Source: an uncultured bacterium
Lineage (GTDB): Bacteria; JAGOEH01
Reading direction: 5' to 3'
DNA: 57,855 bases
Assembly: GCA_964632485.1 (NCBI GenBank)
Contig: CAZWDO010000023.1
Coordinates: forward strand, 1-57,855
The notes below the pieces were generated by a model, which was not told where the DNA came from, made no database searches, and worked only from the letters and a program-made list of their open reading frames with translations. Numbering within the stretch: position 1 is the stretch's first letter; every line of letters starts with the position of its first letter. The translations under genes were made by a program, and so were the position numbers. This document shows positions 1 to 11,900 of this stretch, piece by piece.

Positions 1-1
1 C

Positions 2-796
2 ATGACCGCCAATGCCATGGAACAGGATTTGGAGCTTGCCCGGAAGGCCGGAATGGTCTCTCATGTCGCCAAGCCGGTGAATCCTGAAAAATTATACCGG
101 ACCCTGGCCGAGTTTATCGCGCCGGACCCCTTAAACCCGTTGGCTACCGAGTCTATGCCCGTCAATACCGAACAATCGATAGGGGGATTCGCTCTGCCAG
201 AAAAACTCCCCGGCATCGATATTGAGGAGGGCCTTTTCCACCTCGCCGGGAATGTGTCTTCCTATCTTCGGATTCTGCGAATCTTCCCTGAACGGCAGAG
301 AGACTCAGTGGCGTCTATCCGTCAATCTCTGAAAGAAAATCGGTTGCAGGAGGCGATTCGGCTGGCCCATTCCCTCAAATCGGTCGCGGGCAACATCGGG
401 GCGCGGCATCTGTTCGCCGCGGCGCGTGATATGGAAACAGCCCTCAGAAAGGGTCAGCCTTTCCAGGAGGAGCTGGTGATGATGGAAGTGACCCTGAAGT
501 CGGTGGTGGATGGATTGGACGCATGGTTATCCTCCCTACTGCCAGTAATACCGGCATCGGCTCCCTTGGTGGATACAATTGAATTGACAAACCGGATAAA
601 CGAACTGGAACAGCTTGTCAATGACGAAGATACTGCCGCGCTTGATATTGTAAACGAACTTTGCGCGCTGCGAATACCGGCTATCGAACCTATACTGTCA
701 GCTATTCGCCGCGATGCTGAAAACTACGATTTTGAATCCATACTTCCCCGTTTGACTGAACTGGGTGATCTGATCAATGCGATTGGGCGCCAGTAG
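2..796 (+). CDS. 3' part of hybrid sensor kinase (end of REC + Hpt domain), truncated by window edge
   Basis: MTANAM...HVAKP end of a receiver domain; Hpt motif AHSLKSVAGNIGA; paralogous to the C-terminus of 5287-8667. Confidence 0.85.
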   Translation: MTANAMEQDLELARKAGMVSHVAKPVNPEKLYRTLAEFIAPDPLNPLATESMPVNTEQSIGGFALPEKLPGIDIEEGLFHLAGNVSSYLRILRIFPERQRDSVASIRQSLKENRLQEAIRLAHSLKSVAGNIGARHLFAAARDMETALRKGQPFQEELVMMEVTLKSVVDGLDAWLSSLLPVIPASAPLVDTIELTNRINELEQLVNDEDTAALDIVNELCALRIPAIEPILSAIRRDAENYDFESILPRLTELGDLINAIGRQ

Positions 797-954
797 GTTG
801 TATTCATCAGGCCAGACTGTGATTTGATGCGCCACCGGCGGAGGAACCCTTTGATTTGTGAAAAGTTGCTGCAGCTTGTTTCCCCTAAGCCGCAAACGAT
901 TCCGAATAAGGAAACAGATACTATTTTTTTGCCGTTTTGAAAGGAGATTTTTTC

Positions 955-2025
955 ATGACCCATTTGCAAAAACGGTCTTCTTTGCTGATTGTCGATGATA
1001 CGCCGGACAATATAACGGTATTGACCGGAGTTTTATCCGGAATGTACAAAATCCGCGCTGCGACATCCGGAAGTAAAACTCTTGCGATTTGTCAGGGCTC
1101 TAATCCGCCCGATTTAATCCTTTTGGATATCATGATGCCTGAAATGGATGGCTTTGAAGTGTGTCGCCAACTCAAAAACGATGTTCGCTTGCGGGATATC
1201 CCCGTGATTTTCATCAGCGCTCTGACGGAAACACTGGACAAGGTCAAGGCGTTCACCTCCGGCGGCGTAGATTATATCACTAAGCCCTTCGAACCGGAGG
1301 AAGTCAGAGCCCGAGTCGCCACTCATCTCAAACTGCGCGGCTACCAGATTTATCTTGAGGAACTCGTGAATGAGAAAGTCAGGGAAATCTCTGAATCACA
1401 ATTATCGACGATATTCGCCCTGGCAAGACTTTCCGAATCGCGCGACCATGATACCGGAGCGCATCTGGAACGAGTTCAGTCATTCTGCCGCATTCTGGCG
1501 GAAACCCTCTTTCGGAATGAGGAGTATCGGGCGGAGATCGATGCGAATTTTATCCGAAATATTACCAATGCCAGCATTCTGCACGATATAGGCAAAGTGA
1601 GCATTCCTGATTCTGTGCTTCTGAAACCCGGAAAGCTTGATCCTCAAGAGTTCAGTATTATGAAAACTCACACGATTATCGGTGAAAATACCTTATTGGA
1701 GGTAACTCAACTTTATCCGGGAAACAGCTTCATTACCATGGGAGCATACATGGCGCGGAGTCATCATGAACGTTGGGATGGCGCCGGATATCCAGATGGT
1801 ATCCCCGGTTCCGCTATCCCGTTAGCCGCTCGCATTATGGCGGTTGCTGACGTCTATGATGCCCTGCGATCCAAACGATGTTATAAAAATGCCATGGACC
1901 GCGATCATGCGCGGGAAATTATTACTCAAGGGCGAGGCTCTCAGTTCGATCCCATCCTTGTCGATGTGTTCGCAGCGGTAGAGAGTGAATTTGACCATGT
2001 TTGGCGGACACTGAATTCTATGTGA
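955..2025 (+). CDS. Response regulator with REC + HD-GYP phosphodiesterase (RpfG family)
   Basis: LIVDD/LLDIMMP receiver; LHDIGK and HHERWDGAGYP motifs; AAGGAG upstream of ATG 955. Confidence 0.92.
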   Translation: MTHLQKRSSLLIVDDTPDNITVLTGVLSGMYKIRAATSGSKTLAICQGSNPPDLILLDIMMPEMDGFEVCRQLKNDVRLRDIPVIFISALTETLDKVKAFTSGGVDYITKPFEPEEVRARVATHLKLRGYQIYLEELVNEKVREISESQLSTIFALARLSESRDHDTGAHLERVQSFCRILAETLFRNEEYRAEIDANFIRNITNASILHDIGKVSIPDSVLLKPGKLDPQEFSIMKTHTIIGENTLLEVTQLYPGNSFITMGAYMARSHHERWDGAGYPDGIPGSAIPLAARIMAVADVYDALRSKRCYKNAMDRDHAREIITQGRGSQFDPILVDVFAAVESEFDHVWRTLNSM

Positions 2026-2043
2026 GTTAAAGGAGATTGTTCG

Positions 2044-5000
2044 ATGGAATGCCATGAGATCACTTCCCGCGCAATTTTAATCGTTGAAGATGAAATCCTG
2101 ATCGCTTTGATGACCCAGCGCGAGCTTGAGAGGAAAGGTTATCAGGTTTGCCTGGCTGCCAGCGGTGATGCTGCCGTGGCAGCGGCGCTCGATCCCGATT
2201 CAAGTATCGATTTGATATTGATGGACATCGATCTGGGCGCTGGTATGGACGGAGTGGAAACTGCTCAACGGATTCTGGCGGAGAAAGATATACCGATCGT
2301 ATTCGTTTCATCTCACACTGAACCGGAGATTGTCGAGAAGACCGAGGCCATAACGTCTTATGGTTATGTAGTTAAAAACAGTGGTGTTGTAGTACTTGAT
2401 GCTTCGATTAAAATGGCATTCAGACTTTTCGAGGCCCAAATAGAAGAGCAACGCAAAGAGCATGCTTTGCGCGAAAGCGAAGAGCGACTGAGGCTTGCCC
2501 ATAAAGCTACTAACGATGTCGTTTGGGACTGGGATATCGTCAAGGATATGCAAATGTGGAATGAAGCGGGCGCAGTAGTTTTCGGATGGACGGATATCAC
2601 GGAATCTCCTCAGACAGCCAACTGGTGGTTGGAACGTGTCCACCCCGAGGATCGGGAGCGTATGGGGGAGGGCTTTTTCAGGGTTGTTAATTCTTCTGAT
2701 TTGGACCGATGGCAGGACGAGTATCGATTTCTGAGGGCTGATGGAAGCTATGCCCAGGTGATTGATCGTGGCTATTTAGTGCGGGATAGAGATGGAAAGC
2801 CAGTACGCATGATCGGCGCTATGCAGGATATTACCGACCAGCGCCGCGCCGAGGAAACCATTCTGGAAGGCAAAAACAATTTGACTGCGATCATCGAAGC
2901 CAGTCCGGAATCGGTGATCCTGATCGATGTCAATGGCGTTCTGATTGCCTGTAATCAAATCGCCGCATATCGTCTGGGTGTTAAAACGGAAGAGGTGATC
3001 GGAAAGAATATTTTTGATTATTTGCCGTCGGATGTAGCGGAAAAACGCCGCGAATATATCCAGCGGATCATCACCACCCGTCAGCCACTGCAATCAGATG
3101 ATGCGCGTGGCAACTATTATTTCCGAAATTTTTTACAACCCATTTTCGAACCGGATGGCCGGTTATCACGCATTGCGATATACGGCCAGGATATTAGCGA
3201 ATACCGTCGAACTGAGGACCAGCTTAACCGGCGGAGCCGGCTGCTGAGCGCGGTGCGGGACGCCCAGGACCTGTTTATATCGGGCAAAGAACCGCACGAT
3301 GCATTCGAGAAAGCGCTCCATATCTTAATTGAGACAACTGATAGCGCCTATGGATTTTTAGATGAGGTGCTGTTTGATCCGGATGGGACGCCCTATAAAT
3401 TCAGTCTGGCTATGTCGGACATCTCCTGGGATGATGATTCCCAGCGCCTTTATCAGGAATTGTTGACCCGGAAATTGGAGTTCCGTAATTTGAATAATCT
3501 GTCCGGGGCCCCGGTACTGGAAAAACGGGTTATTATCACTAATAATGCCTCTGCCGATCCCCGTTTCAGGGGTTTGCCACACGGTCATCCGGCGATTGAT
3601 CGCTATATGGGTATACCGCTTGTGTTTAGTGGACAGATGATCGGCGTGGCGGGCATCGCTAATCGTTCCGAGCCCTATACTCTTGAAATGGCGGAAGAAG
3701 TAGCCCCGTTGCTACAGACGTGCGCGGTGATGATTTGGTCGGCCCGTTTGTTCCGGGAGAGGGAGAAGAATCTGGCCGATCTGAAAGCCAGTGAAGAGAA
3801 GTACCGTTGCATTGCCGAAACCGCAAATGAAGGAAGCTGGGCGATGGATGGCCAGTACCGCACGACCTATGTCAACCAGCGCATGGCGGATATGTTGGGT
3901 TACACAATTGAGGAAATGGTTGGAAAAACTGTTGATAGTTTTATGACCTCCGACCAGCTTGTCGATCATCAACATAAAATGGAATGTCGTCAATTGGGCC
4001 GAAATGACGTCTATGAAAGACAGTTTCTCAATAAGGCCGGGGTTCCGGTCTGGATGCAGGTTTCCGCGATGGTACTGCAAAATGAACAGGGACATTTCAT
4101 AGGTTCGTTTGCTATGCTGACCGATATCACAGAACGCAAGCGAGCCGAAGAGGCACTCAAAGCGCTGGCCATGCATCAGCAGTCGTTGCTGGACACCATT
4201 CCGGATATTATTATGGAAGTGGACAGCAGCAAAATGTACACCTGGGCCAATCCGGCGGGATACGAATTTTTCGGTAAGGATGTGATCGGCCATGAAGCCG
4301 CGTATTATTTCGAAAGGGAACAGAAAACCTATGAAATAGTAAAACCATTATTTAATGGCGTCGAAAATGTGACCTATCTTGAGAGCTGGCAGCGTCGTCT
4401 GGACGGAGAAGTCCGCTTGCTCGCCTGGTGGTGCCGGGTGCTAAAGGATGAAAATGGGAACGCTATTGGCGCAATTTCCACTGCCCGCGATATCACGGAA
4501 CAGCGACGGAACGAAGAAGCGGTAGAAGTTCAGTTGCGGGAAAAAGAGATTCTTCTACGCGAAGTACATCATCGGATCAAGAATAATATCGGCACCATTC
4601 GGGGATTACTCGCTCTTCAGCTTGAATCTACTACGAATACGGAAGTGAAAACCAGTTTGCTCGAAGCCGTCGGCCGTCTGGAAAGTATGCGCGCTATTTA
4701 TGAAAAATTGCTGGTAACTGAAGATTTTGGTGAAATTCCGGTTAAAGCATATTTAGAGGGATTGACATCCGCGTTAACGTGTTATTTCCCGAAAGAGCTG
4801 CAAATTGAATTCGTGCAACAGATCGATCAATTTTATCTTGATTCAAAACGATTGTTTCTTCTCGGCTTGATCGTTAACGAACTGGTCAGCAATTCTGTAA
4901 AATATGCCTTTACGGAGAGAACTCAAGGCGCGATTCGTCTTGTCCTGGTTAAAAATGAAAAGAAAGTTATACTGATATCAAATGATAATGGCCAGGGTCT

Positions 5001-5139
5001 TCCCCTTGATTTCAACCTCGAAAGCCGGAGTGGTTTCGGTTTGCGGCTCGTCAACATGATTGCTCAGCAGTTGAACGGAACATTTTCAATCATGTCAACG
5101 GGAAATGGTACAGAATGTATGCTAATGTTTTATCTTTGA
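2044..5139 (+). CDS. REC-PAS-PAS-GAF-PAS-PAS-HisKA_2/HATPase sensor kinase
   Basis: N-terminal receiver (IVEDE, LMDID); PAS/PAC ends (QDITDQRRAE, TDITERKRAE); H-box EVHHRIKNN; N-box NELVSNSVKYA; DNGQG and GFGL. Confidence 0.9.
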   Translation: MECHEITSRAILIVEDEILIALMTQRELERKGYQVCLAASGDAAVAAALDPDSSIDLILMDIDLGAGMDGVETAQRILAEKDIPIVFVSSHTEPEIVEKTEAITSYGYVVKNSGVVVLDASIKMAFRLFEAQIEEQRKEHALRESEERLRLAHKATNDVVWDWDIVKDMQMWNEAGAVVFGWTDITESPQTANWWLERVHPEDRERMGEGFFRVVNSSDLDRWQDEYRFLRADGSYAQVIDRGYLVRDRDGKPVRMIGAMQDITDQRRAEETILEGKNNLTAIIEASPESVILIDVNGVLIACNQIAAYRLGVKTEEVIGKNIFDYLPSDVAEKRREYIQRIITTRQPLQSDDARGNYYFRNFLQPIFEPDGRLSRIAIYGQDISEYRRTEDQLNRRSRLLSAVRDAQDLFISGKEPHDAFEKALHILIETTDSAYGFLDEVLFDPDGTPYKFSLAMSDISWDDDSQRLYQELLTRKLEFRNLNNLSGAPVLEKRVIITNNASADPRFRGLPHGHPAIDRYMGIPLVFSGQMIGVAGIANRSEPYTLEMAEEVAPLLQTCAVMIWSARLFREREKNLADLKASEEKYRCIAETANEGSWAMDGQYRTTYVNQRMADMLGYTIEEMVGKTVDSFMTSDQLVDHQHKMECRQLGRNDVYERQFLNKAGVPVWMQVSAMVLQNEQGHFIGSFAMLTDITERKRAEEALKALAMHQQSLLDTIPDIIMEVDSSKMYTWANPAGYEFFGKDVIGHEAAYYFEREQKTYEIVKPLFNGVENVTYLESWQRRLDGEVRLLAWWCRVLKDENGNAIGAISTARDITEQRRNEEAVEVQLREKEILLREVHHRIKNNIGTIRGLLALQLESTTNTEVKTSLLEAVGRLESMRAIYEKLLVTEDFGEIPVKAYLEGLTSALTCYFPKELQIEFVQQIDQFYLDSKRLFLLGLIVNELVSNSVKYAFTERTQGAIRLVLVKNEKKVILISNDNGQGLPLDFNLESRSGFGLRLVNMIAQQLNGTFSIMSTGNGTECMLMFYL
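2099..2116 (+). repeat. 18-bp direct repeat, copy 1 (TGATCGCTTTGATGACCC)
   Basis: Exact match to 5137-5154. Confidence 0.8.
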
Positions 5140-5154
5140 TCGCTTTGATGACCC
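5137..5154 (+). repeat. 18-bp direct repeat, copy 2, overlapping the kinase stop codon
   Basis: Exact match to 2099-2116; extends to 22/24 identity. Confidence 0.8.
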
Positions 5155-5286
5155 GGCTCGCGCCATGAAACCCGGGTATGTTATGATGAGCGCGGTAAAA
5201 AAAGGTTTCGTATTTATTTTTTTGATTGCTTTCACCAATCGTTGAATTGCGTCAGATTGGGGAAACGAGAGAGGAAGAGGATTGTA

Positions 5287-8200
5287 ATGATCGATCATCT
5301 TGAAGAACGATTGATTCATGAATGGCGGTTGAGAGTCTTTAACCGCTTTGTCATGATTCTGGCTGTTCTGGGCTTTTTAGCGTCTGTTCCCATCGTTTTC
5401 TCCATTATTGGCCATACTGTTGATTGGAGTTTGGCTTCAATATATCTCGCCGCTGAATTGCTGCTGCTCATCGTTGCTCTGTCCCGCGGTCTCAATATGC
5501 ATCTGCGGGTAGGAGCTGTTCTCATGGTGGGCTATGGGGTTGCCATTCTGAATACATTGATGTTTGGAATATCGGGACCCGGTATTTCCTATTTTCTGGT
5601 TATCCCGATCATCGCGCTGATCTTCGCCGGTAAACGCGCCGGTATTATTATCGCAATTTTCAGCGCTGTTGTGATGACTGCTGCATTTTTCCTGATCAAC
5701 TTCCGAGTGATTACTCCGTTTATGAGCGTGAATCAACTCGGGATGGGCATCGCGCGGGCGCTGAGCGGTTCCGGAACCTCTCTTCTGCTTCTGGGAGCCG
5801 CGGTTGTCCCCTTGATCCTTTTTTATAATTTTCAGGAATATTTAATGAACAAGAAACGGTATGCCCAGGACGCGCTGAGCCATGCCCAGGATTTGCTGAG
5901 AGAGCAAAATGCCAATTTGGAGAAAAAAGTCCGTGAACGCACAGAAGAATTAAATCTCAAAAATCTTCAGTTGGCCATGGCCATGGATGTGGCCCAATTG
6001 GTAACCTGGGAAATCGATCTCAATACTTGCTGTTTCATATTCAACGATCAATTTTTTGCGTTGCTGAAGACGTCGGTGGAGCGGGAGGGTGGCTATCAGA
6101 TGCCGCTGGATCACTTTTTTCATGAATTTGTTTATCCCGACGATCTCCAACCTGCGCGTGAGAAAATAAAAAATCTGATTGCTGTTCAAGATAGTGAGCG
6201 CTTTCATTATGAACTCGAATTGCGGGTCATTTGTCGCGACCGCGAACTGCGCAGCCATTTAGTAAGAATTGTTGTCCTGCGTGATCGACAGGGTGAATTA
6301 TCCCGAATCTATGGGATCAATCAGGATATTACTACCCTCAAGCAAGCGGAACGGGAAATGGCGGAAGCCAAGCGGACTGCCGAAGAGGCAAATCGCCTCA
6401 AGAGCGAATTTTTAGCTAATATGTCTCATGAAATTCGGACGCCGATGAATGCCATTATCGGAATGTCGCATCTGGCGTTGAAGACCCCGCTGGATCCGAG
6501 ACAGCGCGACTATCTGCAAAAAATTGATCAAGCCGCTCATAATCTTTTGCAAATTATTAACGATATTCTCGATTTTTCCAAGATCGAAGCCGGGAAACTG
6601 GAAATGGAGAGCGTTCCATTTCAGCTTGATGAGGTTTTGGGAAATCTTTCCGCAATTATTGGGGTAAAAATTCAGGAGAAAGGCCTTGAATTCATATTTG
6701 ATATCTCTCCCGATTTACCAAATCGGCTGATTGGAGATCCCATGCGCCTGAATCAGGTTCTGGTCAATTTGTGCGGAAATGCCGTAAAATTTACCGAAAA
6801 GGGAGAAATCGTTCTTCGAGTTCGTCTGCTGGAACGGCATGATCAGAAAATTCGTATTGAATTTGGAGTCACCGATACCGGAATCGGGATGACCGAAGAG
6901 CAAATAGGCAAATTATTTCAGGCTTTTTCTCAGGCGGACAGCTCAACCAGTCGAAAATACGGAGGAACTGGTTTGGGACTTTCCATATCGCATCGGCTTG
7001 TCTCAATGATGGGTGGATCGATTGCTGTCGAGAGTAGGTATGGGCAGGGAAGCGCCTTCCGCTTTGATGCCGTTTTCCGACTGCGACAAGAATTAGAGGA
7101 AAAACTTCCGGAGCGTTTCGGGGAAATGACCGGTATTCGGGTTTTGATCGTTGACGATAATTCCAGCGCCCGTGAGGTGCTGATGAACATGATGATTCGT
7201 CTGGGATTTGTTGTAGGCGCGCGCCCTTCGGGAAATGCTGCTCTCCAGGAGTTGGAACGGGCTTCCCTCTTTGGCGTCGGTTACGATTTAGTACTGATGG
7301 ACTGGAAGATGCCGCAACTGGATGGCGTGGAGACCAGCCGGTTGATTAAATCCGATATAAAGCTGAAAAAAATTCCAAAAATATTAATGACTTCCGCTTA
7401 CGGAGCGGAAGAGCTGATTCATCTGATCGAAGAATATGGCTTGGATGGGCTTTTGCTGAAACCAATCAATCCGTCAACTTTAGTTGATACTTTGATGAGT
7501 CTGTTTATGCGCGGCGCGGATGAAGAGTCTGGAATACGGAAATCGTTTTCTCAGGAAGATCCGGAATGGATTGTACGGGAAATCCGGGGCGCCAGGATTT
7601 TGTTGGCCGAAGACAATGACCTGAATCAGCAAGTGGCTTTTGAATTGCTGATGGAGGCCGGGTTTTCAGTGACTCTGGCCGTGGATGGAAGAGATGTGAT
7701 TGAAAAGATGCGACCTGATTTCCATGCGGTACTGATGGATGTTCAAATGCCGTATGTCGATGGCTATGAGGCAACCCGTCAAATCCGCTCCCGTCCCGAA
7801 TTTGATGGAATTCCGATTATTGCCATGACTGCCAATGCGATGGAACACGATCTCGAATTGGCATACCGCGCCGGGATGGTTTCCCATGTCGCCAAACCGG
7901 TGGAGCCGGTAAAACTGTTTCAGACACTTCTCAAGTTTATCCGGCCCGATCCCGCAAAACCCTTTGATGCCCCCGCAATCCATGACTTCATCGAACGGCG
8001 GAGGAAAGATTCTGAAGATACTGAAAATTTAATCTGGCCGGAGAAGTTGCCCGGAATCGATATGGAGGATGGATTGTTCCACCTGGCCGGTAAGCGGACG
8101 GCATATCTGCGTCTGTTACGGCAATTCCCGAAACATCATGCCGCTGCGGTAGGTTTGATTCGCGAATGCCTGCAACGCCGGGAAACAGGCGAGGCTATTC

Positions 8201-8667
8201 TCATGGCTCATTCACTGAAAGCTGTCGCCGGAAATCTGGGCGCAAAAGCCCTGTTCGCTGCCGCTCAATCATTGGAGTCTGCTCTGAAATCGGAGCGGCC
8301 GTTTCAATCCGAACTTATTAAGCTGGAATATTCTCTGGATGAAGTTTGCAATGGATTAAGCGCCTGGGCCGAAGCTCATCCCGAAACTGAACCTGCCGCC
8401 GGAGTGATTACGATCGATATAGAGAATTTAAAAAAACGGGTTGATGAACTGCATCGCCTCGCTCGGGAAGATGATACGGATTGCCTGCTGCTGATTGATG
8501 AATTATGCGCCATGAAAATTCCGCTTCTGGAGGGCAGTTTGAATTCGATTCGCAATGCATTGCATCAGTATGATTTCATATCGGCCCAGCCATTGTTGAA
8601 AGAGTTAAAAAAACAAATTGATTCTGATAAAAACACCATACTCTCTTCAGTTTCTTCTGGTTTATAG
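5287..8667 (+). CDS. Membrane hybrid sensor kinase (TM-PAS-HisKA-HATPase-REC-REC-Hpt)
   Basis: Hydrophobic N-terminus; [16 protein letters not shown]-box; NAVKFT, DTGIG, GGTGLGL; two receivers; Hpt [13 protein letters not shown]. Confidence 0.92.
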   Translation: MIDHLEERLIHEWRLRVFNRFVMILAVLGFLASVPIVFSIIGHTVDWSLASIYLAAELLLLIVALSRGLNMHLRVGAVLMVGYGVAILNTLMFGISGPGISYFLVIPIIALIFAGKRAGIIIAIFSAVVMTAAFFLINFRVITPFMSVNQLGMGIARALSGSGTSLLLLGAAVVPLILFYNFQEYLMNKKRYAQDALSHAQDLLREQNANLEKKVRERTEELNLKNLQLAMAMDVAQLVTWEIDLNTCCFIFNDQFFALLKTSVEREGGYQMPLDHFFHEFVYPDDLQPAREKIKNLIAVQDSERFHYELELRVICRDRELRSHLVRIVVLRDRQGELSRIYGINQDITTLKQAEREMAEAKRTAEEANRLKSEFLANMSHEIRTPMNAIIGMSHLALKTPLDPRQRDYLQKIDQAAHNLLQIINDILDFSKIEAGKLEMESVPFQLDEVLGNLSAIIGVKIQEKGLEFIFDISPDLPNRLIGDPMRLNQVLVNLCGNAVKFTEKGEIVLRVRLLERHDQKIRIEFGVTDTGIGMTEEQIGKLFQAFSQADSSTSRKYGGTGLGLSISHRLVSMMGGSIAVESRYGQGSAFRFDAVFRLRQELEEKLPERFGEMTGIRVLIVDDNSSAREVLMNMMIRLGFVVGARPSGNAALQELERASLFGVGYDLVLMDWKMPQLDGVETSRLIKSDIKLKKIPKILMTSAYGAEELIHLIEEYGLDGLLLKPINPSTLVDTLMSLFMRGADEESGIRKSFSQEDPEWIVREIRGARILLAEDNDLNQQVAFELLMEAGFSVTLAVDGRDVIEKMRPDFHAVLMDVQMPYVDGYEATRQIRSRPEFDGIPIIAMTANAMEHDLELAYRAGMVSHVAKPVEPVKLFQTLLKFIRPDPAKPFDAPAIHDFIERRRKDSEDTENLIWPEKLPGIDMEDGLFHLAGKRTAYLRLLRQFPKHHAAAVGLIRECLQRRETGEAILMAHSLKAVAGNLGAKALFAAAQSLESALKSERPFQSELIKLEYSLDEVCNGLSAWAEAHPETEPAAGVITIDIENLKKRVDELHRLAREDDTDCLLLIDELCAMKIPLLEGSLNSIRNALHQYDFISAQPLLKELKKQIDSDKNTILSSVSSGL

Positions 8668-8878
8668 GCAGCGCCGTAATCAGTTTCCTTTACGACCAGG
8701 TCGGAATCATCTCATTAACAGCATCTTCGGTAGTTGCGCAAACCGCCGCATTTATCGTTTTTCTGCAAATTTTTCAATATGGAAATCCAGTGGAAACTTG
8801 TTGATTGCTAATTGTAAAACAAATTTTTAGTTCGAAGACGAAAGGATACTCCCCGATAAAAATCGAAAGCGACAATCG

Positions 8879-8940
8879 ATTCCCGCTGGCGCGGGAATAA
8901 CAGCCATAATGGGACATCCCTGACTCGGATCCGGGGCTCC
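8879..8940. repeat. REP-like palindromes: ATTCCC-N8-GGGAAT (dRS3-type consensus) plus a degenerate CATCCC...GGGG hairpin
   Basis: 8879-8898 reads ATTCCCGCTGGCGCGGGAAT; 8913-8940 reads GACATCCCTGACTCGGATCCGGGGCTCC. Confidence 0.5.
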
Positions 8941-8957
8941 CCAGTTAGGAGAAATTG

Positions 8958-11900
8958 ATGAAATTTCGTATCCGCAGCCAATTTAGTATTTTTTTTATCC
9001 TGGTAATCGTATGGGTGGGAGCGGTTTCGACCAATGGAGATCATCATCAGTTGTTTCGTAGAGGAATGATCCATATCAAACTTAGAGCGGAGGTTCAGCT
9101 TTCCCCTTTGCTGAAATCGGGAAACACGCTGGGATTGGCCTCGCTGGACCGAAGGTTCAGCCAGTACGATATTCGGCAAGTGGAGAAAACTTTTATCCAT
9201 CGTCCGATTCCGACAGGTTCCAACTTGCCGGACTTGACGCGGATTTATACGATTTATTTTCCCGAGGAAAAGGATGTCGAGCGGATGGCTCGCGAATTCG
9301 CCCTGGACCCCTCCGTGGAATATGCCGAACCGGTCATACTGGATCGTGTCTTTGCCATGCCGGACGATTCGTTATATTCGTCGCAATACTTTTTTGAGTT
9401 GATTCGGGCGGAAGAGGCCTGGAACGTTCATCGGGGAGAGAGCGGCGACAGCGTGATCGTGATTGGTATTGTTGATTTGGGGGTTGACTGGCATCATCCG
9501 GATTTGATCGACAATTTGTATCGGAACCTCGGGGAGGATGCCGACGGCGATGGACGGGTGTTGGAGTATATCGACAGCGTCTGGGTGTTCGATCCCGGAG
9601 ATATCAACAGCATTGACGATGATGGCAACGGGTATGCGGATGATTTCATCGGTTGGAACTTTTGCGCCAGCCATGATTGGGATGCCCTTCCGAGTAATGA
9701 CCCTGACGATCCCCAGGGACATGGCACGCATGTAGCTGGCGTCGCTGCCGGCGTTACTGACAATGGGAAGGGTATTTCCAGTATCAGTTGGAATGTCAAG
9801 TTTTTACCTACCGCTCACGCAATTTATCTAACTGAATATGATGATTATTTCATGCTGGATGCTTACCAGGGCATGGTTTATCTGGCGGAAAACGGCGCGG
9901 ATATCATCAATTGCAGTTACGGTAGCAGTTCCGAAAGCCAGGTGGCAAAGGAAGCGCTGGATTATGCCGCGGGACTGGGCAGCATGGTCGTCGCCTCTGC
10001 AGGCAATGAAGGCAGCTCTTCGCCTCAATTCCCGGCCGCTTTTCTGAAAGCCATTTCCGTGGGGGGAACTAATCGCGACAATCAACGTATCTATTTTTCA
10101 AATTATGGGATCACTGTCGATATCAACGCCCCCGGTACGAACATTCTGAGTTCCATACCGGACGGTCTATACAGATCGCTAAGTGGCACGTCCATGGCCA
10201 GTCCCATCGTGGCCGGGTTACTGGGATTGATGAAGTCACGTCACCCCGATTGGGAGAATCGACGGCTACTCGCCCGGTTGTTAGCGACAGCTATCAATAT
10301 CGATTCACTCAATATCAACTATGCCGATCAGCTCGGCTATGGCCTGATCGATGCCTTTCGGGCGATTTCCGATACTGAAGCTGTTCTTCCCCAGGAGTAT
10401 CTGCTGGTGTGGGGAAGTGAGGTGAATCTCCATGCCCCCGGAACTGATAGTCTGGTAGCGCTGGAGCGCGGGCAGCTCGCCTCACTGGATTTCACGGTGA
10501 CCAATTATCGGTATTACGGCGATAATGAACCCGTTATCTTTAACCTGTCCTGCGACTACCCGGGGGTTGACATCATCGACGGCGTTCATTCGGCCGTTAT
10601 TCCAGGCAGCGCGGAAACCGCGGTAACCGATGCCTTTCGGATTCGCATCCGGGATGATTCAGAAATGGGTTATGCCAGTTTTAAAATTTCGGTCGAGACA
10701 TCTGCCCGTATCGTTCAGGGAGGAGAATTTCAATGCGAACTTCTGGTGGCGCCGGAAGGATTTCTGGTTTGGGAACCGGTGGAAGGAGTGACCGATTGCA
10801 GCGGATCATTTATTCGCGATTTTTTACTGGATCAAAATTTGCCGGTTCTATATATAAACAAATTTCCAGTATCACTGACGGGGTTCCAGGGCGTTTTTCT
10901 ATCCTGGGGAAATAAATGGCGTCTTTACCCGTTGCTATATGGACCCGTTACCGGATTTACCCTTGAATCCTGTTCGGAGCTGCTGGAAGATTATCTTGCG
11001 GGCGGCGGATCGTTGTTCATGGATGGCGATGCCATTATTTCCAATTTAAACGAGTTTGGAAATCTTGCCTCGCTGCTGGGTATTTCCGATATTGAACAAA
11101 GCCCTCTGGGTTTTTTTCCTGACACTTTGATCGGCGGGACAGGGAGCGTCTGCGATGGGATGCTTTTTCCAGCAATGACCTGTTTTTCGTCGTACAGGAC
11201 TGATCTGTATCTTCCCGGAACCGGGGGGAGCGCCGCTTTGCGAGTCAATGATACGACCGTTGTCGCCATCCAGGGCGAGGGAGTATATGGCCAGAAAACG
11301 TTTTGCTACTCCCCGCCGCTGTCGGCTCTGCTTGACGGCTCTTATCCTTCATCCCGTCGGTTACTGTTGGCCAATGTGCTACAGTTTTTCGGCTTTTCGC
11401 CGTCGCCCTTTGCGGATTTTCGCATGGAATCGGTAGAAAACTCACTTTCTTCCGAAGTCCAATTCCATGATCTATCCTGGATCGGCCCTGATAGCGCCCA
11501 TTGTGTGTGGTATTGGGATTTTGACAATGATGGCCATGTTGATTCCAATCAACGCCATCCTCGATGGTCCTATCGTCTGGAGGGCGTTTACGATGTGGGA
11601 TTAAAAATTAACACCGGCCGGGACAGCGCTGAATACACGCAAGGGAATGCTCTATATCGGAGCGCTGCCGGCGCGGCGCTCAAATTCAACGATGCGTCAA
11701 AGCCATTGTATATCGCAACGGATTCCAAACTCGATTTGTCGCCCAATCTGACCGTCGAATTCTGGTTAAAAATTGATTCCTCTTTTCTCCAGAATTCCAA
11801 CAATACAGCCCTTTTTTCAAAACAAGGCGCGTTGAATTTGTATCTCACCGAAAAATGTGGAATTAACGTGTCCCTCAATTTTGAAGGCGGCCATTCGGCT

